The position numbers and the translations under genes were made by a program. Positions 1 through 10,248 of a stretch of 34,774 nucleotides of DNA are shown here, piece by piece; the stretch's first letter is position 1, and every line of letters begins with the position of its first letter. Origin of the DNA: a bacterium. Its GTDB lineage: Bacteria > Patescibacteriota > Minisyncoccia > Moranbacterales > DUUL01. Location of the stretch: assembly GCA_030626045.1 (NCBI GenBank), contig DAOUPS010000001.1:1-34774 (forward strand), in the 5' to 3' direction. The notes beneath the pieces were generated by a model. That model saw nothing but the letters and a program-made list of their open reading frames with translations. It was not told where the DNA came from and did no database searches.

Positions 1-464
1 TCTGCCATTCCTTGAGCTGTGGCTTTCCCTTTGAACTTTCTTAAAATTGTTTTCTCTAAAGAACCCGCGTTTACTCCGATTCTTATAGGAATTTTTTTTG
101 CCTTGCATCTTAAAACAACTTTTTCAATTTTGCTCTTTGGCTGGATATTGCCTGGATTTATTCTAACTTTATCAATTCCTTGATTGATAGCTTCTAGCGC
201 CAAATCAGCGGAAAAGTGTATATCAGCTACAAGAGGAATATTGATCTTGGACTTTATAGCCGAGATCGCCTGCGCGGCTTTTTGGTCGGGAACTGCCACT
301 CTAACAATTTCACAGCCGGCTTTTTCAAGCTGTTTGATCTGCGCAACGGTCTGGTTGATATTTCCAGTGTTGGTATTCGTCATTGACTGGACACAGATCG
401 GCTCATGGCCTCCAATTGATACTCTTCCAATTTTGATGACTTTCGTTTGTTTTCTTTTTATCAT
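1..464 (-). CDS. ispG: 4-hydroxy-3-methylbut-2-en-1-yl diphosphate synthase, N-terminal part (runs off window edge)
   Basis: Not in the ORF track. Manual translation from ATG at 464 gives MIKRKQTKVIKIGRVSIGGHEPICVQSMTNT...GCEIVRVAVPD...PLVADIHF...RINPGNI...PIRIGVNAGSL, all IspG/GcpE motifs. Confidence 0.93.
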   Translation of the reverse strand, partial: MIKRKQTKVIKIGRVSIGGHEPICVQSMTNTNTGNINQTVAQIKQLEKAGCEIVRVAVPDQKAAQAISAIKSKINIPLVADIHFSADLALEAINQGIDKVRINPGNIQPKSKIEKVVLRCKAKKIPIRIGVNAGSLEKTILRKFKGKATAQGMA

Positions 465-473
465 ATTTTTACA

Positions 474-1625
474 TCAAATGCTGAATTGTCCGTAGCTCTC
501 TTCTGTTATGCTGATTTTTTGTTTCTTTGTTTTTTTCCAAACATTTTGCACTAATCCCATGGAGGCCAGTGTTATTATTAAAAAACTGCCGCCGTAACTC
601 AAAAAAGGAAGTGAGAGTCCGGCAATAGGCATAATACCCAAATTCATCCCTATATTCAAAAAAGTTTGAAAGAATATCATAACGATAACTCCGCCGACAA
701 GGAATTTCCCAAAGATATCCTTCGAAAGATTGATTGTTTTTCCCATCCTCCAAAGGAGAATTCCGAAAAATAGAATAATCAATCCGGTGCCAATCAATCC
801 GCTTTCTTCGGCAATCGCCGCATAAATGAAATCTGTATGCTTTTCCGGCAAAAAATTGAGCTGGCTTTGGGAGCCGTGGCCCAGCCCCTTGCCTGTTATT
901 CCACCGGAACCAATCGCGATAACTGATTGAATAACATTATACCCGCTCCCGAGAGGATCCCTTCCCGGATCCATAAATGATTGTATTCTGTCTTTTTGGT
1001 AATCATTCAGAATCGTGCCCCATCCTAATATAATTATCACAAGGCCAGCTAAAATAATTCCCATAATATATTGCTTTTTTACTCCGGCAAGAAATAGCAT
1101 GCCAAACCAAATTACCGCCATAACAACAGCAGAACCCATATCGGGCTGCAGTATGGCAAGAGTAACTGGAATCAGAGTGTATATGAATGATACTGCTATT
1201 TTATTTAAAGTAATTTGCGCCGGTATTTTTGAGAAATATTTCGCCAGCGAAATTATAAGAAATAATTTCATTAATTCCACCGGTTGAATATTGAAAATGC
1301 CTAAATTGAACCAGCCAGTTGTTCCGCGTATGTTCATTCCAAACAATAAAACAGCTATTAGCGAAATAACACCGACTGCGTAAAGAAAGCCACTGTAGCT
1401 TTTCCAAATTTGATAGTCAGCAGTGCTAAAAACCGCAAATGCCATAAGTGCCACAACAAGAAAAATAACTTGTTTTTGAAAATTGTTAAACCCTTCACGT
1501 TCAGTCTCAAGAGAAAGTGAAAATATGGCAATAAGTCCGGACACGAGCAGAAATGACATTGCCGCAAGAGATATCCAATCAAAGTCAAGTTGTTTGACGA
1601 CTTTTGCTAGCACTTGGGTAGTCAA
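474..1625 (-). CDS. rodA: Rod shape-determining protein RodA (SEDS family)
   Basis: Multi-TM protein with IQPVELMK, LQPDMG, YQKDRI, GSGYNVIQS..AIGSGG..GKG, LPEKHTDFI and LPFLSYGGS motifs. The TTG start is uncertain. Confidence 0.92.
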   Translation of the reverse strand: MTTQVLAKVVKQLDFDWISLAAMSFLLVSGLIAIFSLSLETEREGFNNFQKQVIFLVVALMAFAVFSTADYQIWKSYSGFLYAVGVISLIAVLLFGMNIRGTTGWFNLGIFNIQPVELMKLFLIISLAKYFSKIPAQITLNKIAVSFIYTLIPVTLAILQPDMGSAVVMAVIWFGMLFLAGVKKQYIMGIILAGLVIIILGWGTILNDYQKDRIQSFMDPGRDPLGSGYNVIQSVIAIGSGGITGKGLGHGSQSQLNFLPEKHTDFIYAAIAEESGLIGTGLIILFFGILLWRMGKTINLSKDIFGKFLVGGVIVMIFFQTFLNIGMNLGIMPIAGLSLPFLSYGGSFLIITLASMGLVQNVWKKTKKQKISITEESYGQFSI

Positions 1626-1675
1626 TATGTTTTATGAGATTGTTTACCAACTAAATTAGTTTGAAAACAGTCCTA

Positions 1676-2731
1676 TTATAGATTATTTTCCGCTTTACGT
1701 TGTTGATGCTCGTCAAATGTTTTTGAATAAATAATCTCTTCGGTTTTGGAATTTGAAAGAAAGTAATAAAAACCGGATTCTTGCGGAAGAATTGACGCGC
1801 GGATAGACGCAAAGCCCGGATTAGAAATTGGTCCCGGAGGAAGACCGGGGTTAATATATGTATTGTAAGGAGAATCACATTGCGTGTCCTCATAGGAGAA
1901 TTGGGGCTTGTCAACATTGAGAAAATACGCCAATGTCGCACAGCTTTGTAAAGGAAATTTATCATCAAGCCGCTTCCAAAAAATTCCAGAAACCAGTCTT
2001 CTGTCTTTATCTGTTTTTACTTCTCTCTCAATGATCGAAGCCAAAGTGATTACGTCGTGGAGTGATTTCCCTTGAGACACGACCTCATCTTTCAGTTCTT
2101 GATTAACTTTTTTGTTGAAATTATTAAGAAATTTACTTGCCATCGTTGCCCCGGTTTCTTCTTCATCAATAAAGTATGTATCTGGAAACAAGTACCCCTC
2201 CATATCTACTCCCTGAGGAATATTCCTTAAAAAGCCGTATTTTTTACTAAACACATCGCAAGAGCAATCCTCTTTATTCAGGCATTTACAATTAACAATG
2301 TCTTCAAATTCATCGGCGATACTCGGCTTCTTGTTTTTTAGCGCATCAATAATTTTTTTGTTGGTATATCCTTCCGGAATTGTCAGTTTTAATGTTTCCG
2401 CGATAATATCGCCATTACTAAATTTTTCAACCATTTGGCCAATTGTCATATTCGGTGCTAACTCATACCCTCCGGCTTGCAAAGAATTGGCAGCTTTAGT
2501 CTTCCAAACATAGAAATAAAAAAAGGTTTTATCTTTGATTAATCCTTCTTTTTCAAGATTTTCACCAATTTCTGTGGAACCGTCGCCTTCTTTTATTTCG
2601 AATTTTTGAATAATATTTGAAGAGCTGGCTGTGCCGTTGAACGCTTGACCGTTAAACCACGAACAAGCCAAGCCAAATACAGCCAGAAGAACCAAAAACG
2701 AAAAAATGGAAATAATAAAAAACTTTTTCAT
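1676..2731 (-). CDS. mltG: Endolytic transglycosylase MltG (YceG family)
   Basis: N-terminal TM, TIPEG, EGYLFPDTY, LASIIERE, SPYNTY..PGLPPGPISNPG. ATG 2731 preferred over 2746. Confidence 0.93.
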   Translation of the reverse strand: MKKFFIISIFSFLVLLAVFGLACSWFNGQAFNGTASSSNIIQKFEIKEGDGSTEIGENLEKEGLIKDKTFFYFYVWKTKAANSLQAGGYELAPNMTIGQMVEKFSNGDIIAETLKLTIPEGYTNKKIIDALKNKKPSIADEFEDIVNCKCLNKEDCSCDVFSKKYGFLRNIPQGVDMEGYLFPDTYFIDEEETGATMASKFLNNFNKKVNQELKDEVVSQGKSLHDVITLASIIEREVKTDKDRRLVSGIFWKRLDDKFPLQSCATLAYFLNVDKPQFSYEDTQCDSPYNTYINPGLPPGPISNPGFASIRASILPQESGFYYFLSNSKTEEIIYSKTFDEHQQRKAENNL

Positions 2732-2748
2732 TTGGAATAAATGCACAA

Positions 2749-3021
2749 TTAATATTTTATATCAAAATTTGAATAATTTTGCAAATTATCGTTTTGTTCT
2801 TTATGTATCGACTCAACATTAGAACTTGATGGCCCGTTATGGCACCAGGCAACAAAAGCATCAAGAACTTTTTGCTTTCCTTCGGCTTCAATTGAAACAG
2901 TTCCGTCAGAGTTATTCTTAATCCATCCCTGTATTCCAAGTTCTTCCGCTTTTTCTTTTGCGCTTAAACGAAAAAAAACCCCTTGGACTCTTCCGTAGAT
3001 TGTTATTGACAAATGTTTCAT
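2749..3021 (-). CDS. acyP: Acylphosphatase
   Basis: GRVQGVFFR, GWIKN..DGTV and GP motifs; ATGA overlap with murD. Confidence 0.93.
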   Translation of the reverse strand: MKHLSITIYGRVQGVFFRLSAKEKAEELGIQGWIKNNSDGTVSIEAEGKQKVLDAFVAWCHNGPSSSNVESIHKEQNDNLQNYSNFDIKY

Positions 3022-4457
3022 TTCATACTAGTGCCACGAATTTTTTTTACGGCATTTATAAACTTTTTTCCTCTTTCAAATTCATTGGCAAACATTCCAA
3101 AACTTGCAAATCCGGGAGACAAAAGAATGGTATCTCCATCTTTGGCATTTCGAAACGCGTCAAACACTGCTTGTTCAATGTTATCATAAGTGTTGAAAAC
3201 CCTATTAATTCCTCCACGTTCGTCAATTCTCTTAAAAAGCTTTGCGGTAGCGGTTCCCTTCAATAAATAGATGCTTTTGATATTATTTGCTTCGGAAATT
3301 TTTTCCGCAAAATTGTCCAATACAAGCTTCTTATCTGATCCTCCGCAAATTAAATGCATTGGCCCGATAACGGAATTAATTCCGGCTATGGCCGACTCGG
3401 GAGTCGTGGCAGTCGTATCATTGATAAATTTTCTTCCGTCGATCTTGTCTATTGTCTCAAAACGATGCGCCACTCCTTTGAATTCCTTAAGCGTTTTTTT
3501 CATAGATTCCGGAGAAATGCCAATAGATAATCCGACTGCGCACATGGCACAGGCATTATAAAGGTTGTGGGAGCCTTTTACTGCGATCTCTGACGTTGGT
3601 ATTACAGCTGTAGTGTTTCCATCTTCTTTTAGATATATTTGCCCTTCTTTAACAAAGCTGCAGATGGCGTTTGGATCCGGCGACAATGAAAAAAAGATCG
3701 TTTTGCCTTTCACACTTTCAAACAACACTTTCGACATTTCATCATCAAAATTGAAAATTGATACGTCGTCTTTTTTTTGAAACAAAAGAATGTTTCTTTT
3801 ATCAGCAATGTAATCATCCATTGAATCATAATAATTCAGATGATCCTGATAAATATTCGTTATAAGAGAAATATGCGGACTTTTTTCTACTCGCGCTAAA
3901 GCCGAACAGCGCCACGAGGACATTTCAAATACGACCCATGTCTTTTTTGTTATAGCATCAAGTTTTGCCACAACAGGCTCTTGCCCTATTCCGACATTAA
4001 CCACCTTCAAACCCTCATATTCTAACATTTTTGAGATCAGCGTCGATGTTGTTGTTTTGCCTTTCGTGCCGGTTATTCCGATAATATTATTTGATTCGCA
4101 CAATCTGAAAAATAAACTCGAATCCATTTCAACTGGCACTTGGTGTTCAATGGCTGTTTTAATATACTTATTGCTCCAGGGAATAATAGGATTTTTGACT
4201 ACCATATCAACACTGGTGAAGTCTTCCATCCTGTGCTGTTCCGTGACTATCGTAACGTTTTTAAATTTTTTAATTTCGCCTATCGAAGCCTCAAGATCAT
4301 TCTCTGACTTTTTGTCTGTTGCAATCACTTTCGCGCCTTGCTTAGCAAGCCATTTGATCATCGAAACACTTCCTCCGTGCAGTCCAATGCCCATCACTGT
4401 TATTTTTTTGTTTTTGAAAGTTATATCAGTCATTGAGATATTATGAGGCTGTTCCAT
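3018..4457 (-). CDS. murD: UDP-N-acetylmuramoyl-L-alanine--D-glutamate ligase
   Basis: GITGTKGKTTT P-loop, EMSS, TNIYQDHLNY, HRFE, INDTTAT, LLSPGFASFGMF..ERG; coupled to murI. Confidence 0.93.
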   Translation of the reverse strand: MEQPHNISMTDITFKNKKITVMGIGLHGGSVSMIKWLAKQGAKVIATDKKSENDLEASIGEIKKFKNVTIVTEQHRMEDFTSVDMVVKNPIIPWSNKYIKTAIEHQVPVEMDSSLFFRLCESNNIIGITGTKGKTTTSTLISKMLEYEGLKVVNVGIGQEPVVAKLDAITKKTWVVFEMSSWRCSALARVEKSPHISLITNIYQDHLNYYDSMDDYIADKRNILLFQKKDDVSIFNFDDEMSKVLFESVKGKTIFFSLSPDPNAICSFVKEGQIYLKEDGNTTAVIPTSEIAVKGSHNLYNACAMCAVGLSIGISPESMKKTLKEFKGVAHRFETIDKIDGRKFINDTTATTPESAIAGINSVIGPMHLICGGSDKKLVLDNFAEKISEANNIKSIYLLKGTATAKLFKRIDERGGINRVFNTYDNIEQAVFDAFRNAKDGDTILLSPGFASFGMFANEFERGKKFINAVKKIRGTSMK

Positions 4458-5227
4458 TATGAACCAAGCCGATGGATTTTAATATTCGGTTTGTTTCCAA
4501 TTATGTTTTTTACAAAACTTTCATTGTGCTCACTCCAATCAGAAAAATAAAAGATGTCATCGCCATCTAAATGCTTATCGTGGCAGCCATCTTTTACTTG
4601 TAGCGCTACCTCTTGGGCAGCATTTATTATTTTTACTTTTCCATTAAAGACCGTTTTGATGATGTTTTTCATGAGAGGATAATGCGTACATCCCAAAATA
4701 ACACACTCTATGTCTTTTTTCACGAACCTTGAAAGATATTTTTTTGTGATTTCACGCAACAATCTGTCTTCCTGCAACCCTTCTTCAATAAACGGAACAA
4801 ATAACGGACACGCTTGTGAATACATTTTTATTCTCGGTAAAAGTTCCAGAAGCGGATACTCATAGGCTTTACTCTTAATTGTTGCTCTGGTGCCGATAAT
4901 TAACGCTCTGCTGATCTTCTCGATGTGTATCTTTTTGACACACGGATCAATTACATCGTAAAAGATCATCGACGGATAGCGCTCTTGAAGATATTCTCTC
5001 GTGAGCGCCGATGCGGTGTTACAGGCAATAACTATCTTCTTCGCCCCCTTTGAAACTAGAAAACGTACGATCTCTTCTGAATATTTCTGAATCGTCTCCT
5101 GGCTTTTATTGCCCCACGGAACACGCGCAGTATCACCAAAATATATTATTCGTTGACGCGGAACCAATTTCTTTATTTCTTTCGCTACAGTAAGACCTCC
5201 TACTCCGCTGTCAAAAATTCCTAGCAT
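4457..5227 (-). CDS. murI: Glutamate racemase
   Basis: FDSGVGG, YFGDTARVPWG, ACNTA, LGCTHYP. Confidence 0.96.
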   Translation of the reverse strand: MLGIFDSGVGGLTVAKEIKKLVPRQRIIYFGDTARVPWGNKSQETIQKYSEEIVRFLVSKGAKKIVIACNTASALTREYLQERYPSMIFYDVIDPCVKKIHIEKISRALIIGTRATIKSKAYEYPLLELLPRIKMYSQACPLFVPFIEEGLQEDRLLREITKKYLSRFVKKDIECVILGCTHYPLMKNIIKTVFNGKVKIINAAQEVALQVKDGCHDKHLDGDDIFYFSDWSEHNESFVKNIIGNKPNIKIHRLGS

Positions 5228-5251
5228 ATTTTTATGGGATTGTTCCCGCTA

Positions 5252-6250
5252 TCATATTCTTGAGATCATTACAGCCAGATCAACCAGCCGATTTGAATAC
5301 CCCCATTCATTGTCATACCATCCGATAGCTTTCACTAAATTACCCGCTGTTACTTTCGTAAGAGGCGCGTCAACAATACAGGAATGCGCATCTCCAACCA
5401 CGTCATGTGAAACAAGAGGCTCTGCCGTAACTTTCATTATTCCTTTCAATTGCCCGTCAGCGGCTTTTTTAAAAGCGTCATTTATTTCTTTTTCATTTGT
5501 TTCTTGTTTTAAAACTGCAACCAGATCTGTGACTGAACCAACTAATGTAGGAACACGAAAGGCCATCCCGTCAAAAATATCTTCAAGCTGAGGAAGCGTT
5601 TTTGCCGCGGCAATGGCAGCGCCGGTGGTCGATGGAACAATATTCTGAGCGGCCGCTCGTCCTCTGCGAACATCTTTTTTCGCCGGACCGTCAACAAGAG
5701 CCTGTGTTGAGGTGTAGCTGTGGATCGTTGACATTAATGCTTTTTTAATTCCGAAAGTTTCATCCAGAACCTTAGCCATTGGAGCAATGCAATTTGTCGT
5801 GCATGACGCCATGGATAAAATATCATCACCCGAAACAATTTCGTCCTCATTGCATCCGATCACAATGGTTTTGATCGTATCGTCTTTTGTTGGAGCCGAT
5901 ATTATAACTCTTTTTGCACCGGCACTAATATGTCCTTTGGTTCCTTCGCGATCCTTAAAAACGCCGGTACATTCCAAAACTACATCAACACCCAGCTCAT
6001 TCCATGGCAGATCTAATGGATCTTTTTCGCACATTATTCTTATCTCTTTATCATCAACTTTGAGAATATTGCCATCAACGGCTACTTCTTTTTGGTATAC
6101 GCCATAGGCTGTATCATATTTCAGAAGATACGCAAGATTATTGATATCGCCAAGATCATTTATTGCCACAATCTCAACGTCAGGATGTTCAAGGGCAACT
6201 TTAAGCACCGGCCTTCCAATGCGGCCAAAACCGTTTATGGCTACTTTCAT
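5252..6250 (-). CDS. gap: Type I glyceraldehyde-3-phosphate dehydrogenase
   Basis: INGFGRIGR, ASCTTNC active site, WYDNEWGYS. Confidence 0.97.
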   Translation of the reverse strand: MKVAINGFGRIGRPVLKVALEHPDVEIVAINDLGDINNLAYLLKYDTAYGVYQKEVAVDGNILKVDDKEIRIMCEKDPLDLPWNELGVDVVLECTGVFKDREGTKGHISAGAKRVIISAPTKDDTIKTIVIGCNEDEIVSGDDILSMASCTTNCIAPMAKVLDETFGIKKALMSTIHSYTSTQALVDGPAKKDVRRGRAAAQNIVPSTTGAAIAAAKTLPQLEDIFDGMAFRVPTLVGSVTDLVAVLKQETNEKEINDAFKKAADGQLKGIMKVTAEPLVSHDVVGDAHSCIVDAPLTKVTAGNLVKAIGWYDNEWGYSNRLVDLAVMISRI

Positions 6251-6259
6251 ATTGATTTT

Positions 6260-6757
6260 TTACAATTTATAATTGTTTAAAGCCTTACCGATTATTTCAA
6301 TAGAATCAACTGAATTACAGAATTTTATGTTCTCTATTTCACTTAATCCGATCCACTCTGCCTTCTGCGCATATTTTTTTTCATATTTATCAAAATTCCT
6401 TGTTGAAATTCTACCACTATTTTTAGCACACAAAAAATATATTAGGATCGAATTAACAGCTTCCTCTTCAAAAGGAGTAATAAAAAATGATGTCTGGCAC
6501 TCGATTAATTTCTTCGGTTTGATTCTAAGCCCTGTTTCTTCTAAAAACTCCCTTTTTAGCGCTTCTCTGATCGTTTCGTTGATTTTTATGCCACCGCCCG
6601 GAAAATCATATCCATCCCATTGTCTTGAAAGAAGTATTTTGTTTTGTTTAATTAAAATTCCATACACAGAAGGACGGAACGCCACTTTTTTGGAATCTAC
6701 AAGATATTCTTTTCCTTTAATATCCCGGCACTTTATTTTAATCTCTTTGCTTGCCAT
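6260..6757 (-). CDS. NUDIX hydrolase
   Basis: Nudix box PGGGIKINETIREALKREFLEETG; fits between gyrB and gap. Confidence 0.88.
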   Translation of the reverse strand: MASKEIKIKCRDIKGKEYLVDSKKVAFRPSVYGILIKQNKILLSRQWDGYDFPGGGIKINETIREALKREFLEETGLRIKPKKLIECQTSFFITPFEEEAVNSILIYFLCAKNSGRISTRNFDKYEKKYAQKAEWIGLSEIENIKFCNSVDSIEIIGKALNNYKL

Positions 6758-6763
6758 TTTAGT

Positions 6764-8770
<2,007 letters not shown>

Positions 8771-8803
8771 TTATATTCTGCTATTGATGGAAACGATCCC
8801 TTA

Positions 8804-8900
8804 GAGCCTGTTTGAGAACCCTCTTCCGTCGCGATCCCGCCCCGGCGGGATAGCTAAAATTTGGAAATTGCAGCAGGATATGGGGTTTTCAAACAGGCTC
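8804..8900. mobile_element. 97-bp non-autonomous MITE-like element with terminal inverted repeats and TTA target duplication
   Basis: Left end GAGCCTGTTTGAGAACCC; right end reverse-complements to GAGCCTGTTTGAAAACCC (17/18). TTA flanks both sides (8801-8803, 8901-8903). Internal hairpin ATCCCGCC-CC-GGCGGGAT. Confidence 0.7.
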
Positions 8901-8907
8901 TTAATAA

Positions 8908-9297
8908 TTAACGCGCAAGAAAATACAGTTCAATCATCATCATGGCCCCAATTGCCAATAATCCATCCCACCAAATAAGTATTCTGAAACTTTGCAGTAT
9001 GATTATAAAAATAAGCGCGCCTGAAAGCAAAAAGCCTTGCCGAAAAGAAACTCCTATGTTTATGTGCTGGACATCCTCATCAGCCATTGCTTTTCGCCGT
9101 ATCCAATATAGAATTAACGAAAAAAAACCTGTAAAAAATAGACTTAAGCTGACATAGAAAGCTCCTATGTTAACAATATTCTCTTGGAGCGAATCAGTAT
9201 TGTTATAAGGGCTTAGAAATAATACTATTGAAACAGCCGCCCCAAAGCCCAAAGTAACAAGAAACCACATTCCTAATCGAAATGTTCTTCCTTTCAT
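8908..9297 (-). CDS. Hypothetical 4-TM membrane protein
   Basis: 129 aa, four hydrophobic segments, SFRQG..L and IELYF motifs resembling a conserved CPR membrane family (from recall). Confidence 0.8.
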   Translation of the reverse strand: MKGRTFRLGMWFLVTLGFGAAVSIVLFLSPYNNTDSLQENIVNIGAFYVSLSLFFTGFFSLILYWIRRKAMADEDVQHINIGVSFRQGFLLSGALIFIIILQSFRILIWWDGLLAIGAMMMIELYFLAR

Positions 9298-9401
9298 TCT
9301 TTATTTTTGATATTTTTTACATTTGGCGCACTGAATAATTACACTCAGCACTCCTTTATTGTAGCTTATTCTTGGAATAAACTCAATGCCTTTAAGGTTG
9401 A

Positions 9402-9444
9402 AATTTTGAATTTTGATTGCCAGCCAGAGGCTGGAATTTTTAAT
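9402..9444 (+). repeat. 43-bp direct repeat, copy 1
   Basis: AATTTTGAATTTTGATTGCCAGCCAGAGGCTGGAATTTTTAAT, identical to 10109-10151. Confidence 0.9.
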
Positions 9445-9494
9445 GTCTTAATTGGCTTTTCATGTAAAAAGGAAAGTTTAACCAGATAATTAGA

Positions 9495-9524
9495 GAAGCT
9501 CCCATAATAATTCATGAGAGCTTC
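9495..9524 (-). terminator. Hairpin, probable terminator for 9550..10002
   Basis: Minus strand GAAGCTCTCAT-(8 nt)-ATGGGAGCTTC, 11-bp stem with one G-U; weak U tail. Confidence 0.55.
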
Positions 9525-9549
9525 ACGTCTGGTAGAAAAAAATCATTTC

Positions 9550-10002
9550 TTAGTCTTTTTCAAACGACGGGATTCCAAGTATCACTTGAACCGTGCCAAA
9601 AGACTGTGGTCTTCCAGCTTCCTTGCGCTTGAGCTCAACGATCTCCCAGCCGCTACGGATTCCAATTTCGCTTGATTCGAGGGAAGTGGCAGAGAGCTTC
9701 TCCCAAATATGTATCCAAAACAAATTTCGGCAAATTTCGGATCTTCTCATAACAACTGCGACCACACTACCATCTGCACTATCACTAAATACTCCTTCGG
9801 CCATCTTCTTTATCGCCTCAGCTTCGAAGCGCTCACTAAGAGTCCAAAGTCTTTTGGCATGGTCATCAGCTGTAGCAACGAGTTTTTCGGATTTTGTGTC
9901 AGAATCTATGTCCCCAATAGGACTAACGAGATCCTCCTCCCGAATCTCCTCTAATAGTATTGGAATTTCTTCAATAAAAGGTACTTCTGTTTTCTTTGGC
10001 AT
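9550..10002 (-). CDS. Hypothetical acidic protein (150 aa)
   Basis: Strong SD AAAGGAGG 8 nt before ATG, own promoter and terminator; no recognisable domain. Confidence 0.8.
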   Translation of the reverse strand: MPKKTEVPFIEEIPILLEEIREEDLVSPIGDIDSDTKSEKLVATADDHAKRLWTLSERFEAEAIKKMAEGVFSDSADGSVVAVVMRRSEICRNLFWIHIWEKLSATSLESSEIGIRSGWEIVELKRKEAGRPQSFGTVQVILGIPSFEKD

Positions 10003-10040
10003 TTCTCGATCCTCCTTTCATTTTTCCAGCCAGACGTTTC

Positions 10041-10068
10041 ACTCTACCACTCAAGAAAAAAAAGTCAA
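10041..10068 (-). promoter_or_regulatory. Sigma70-type promoter for 9550..10002
   Basis: TTGACT-16 nt-TAGAGT with a TGn extended -10. Confidence 0.55.
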
Positions 10069-10108
10069 CAGCAAACCCTCTGCCTCTAAAGCTGAGGCTG
10101 AAATTTTG

Positions 10109-10151
10109 AATTTTGAATTTTGATTGCCAGCCAGAGGCTGGAATTTTTAAT
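10109..10151 (+). repeat. 43-bp direct repeat, copy 2
   Basis: Identical to 9402-9444, preceded by one extra AATTTTG heptamer. Confidence 0.9.
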
Positions 10152-10180
10152 TAAAATTTGAAAATTTGTTCATTCATTTT

Positions 10181-10240
10181 AAATTTCAAATTGTAAATTT
10201 CAAATTACTCCCTAATATTTGATACCAGATACTTGATACT
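10181..10240. repeat. Degenerate 7-bp periodic tandem repeats
   Basis: AAATTTC-AAATTGT-AAATTTC-AAATT and TTGATAC-CAGATAC-TTGATAC. Confidence 0.65.
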
Positions 10241-10248
10241 AGAATCCC

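Noticed and set aside
1651..1968. 105-aa minus-strand ORF
   Set aside because: Alternative frame inside mltG with no recognisable features.
9307..9489. 60-aa plus-strand ORF
   Set aside because: TTG start, no SD, and it runs through the 43-bp repeat; probably spurious.
9593..10123. 176-aa plus-strand ORF
   Set aside because: Antisense to 9550..10002, which has the promoter, SD and terminator.
9402..10151. Possible CRISPR array or DGR template/variable repeat pair
   Set aside because: Only two copies, 707 bp apart, identical and non-coding; no spacers, cas genes, reverse transcriptase or adenine-specific mismatches.
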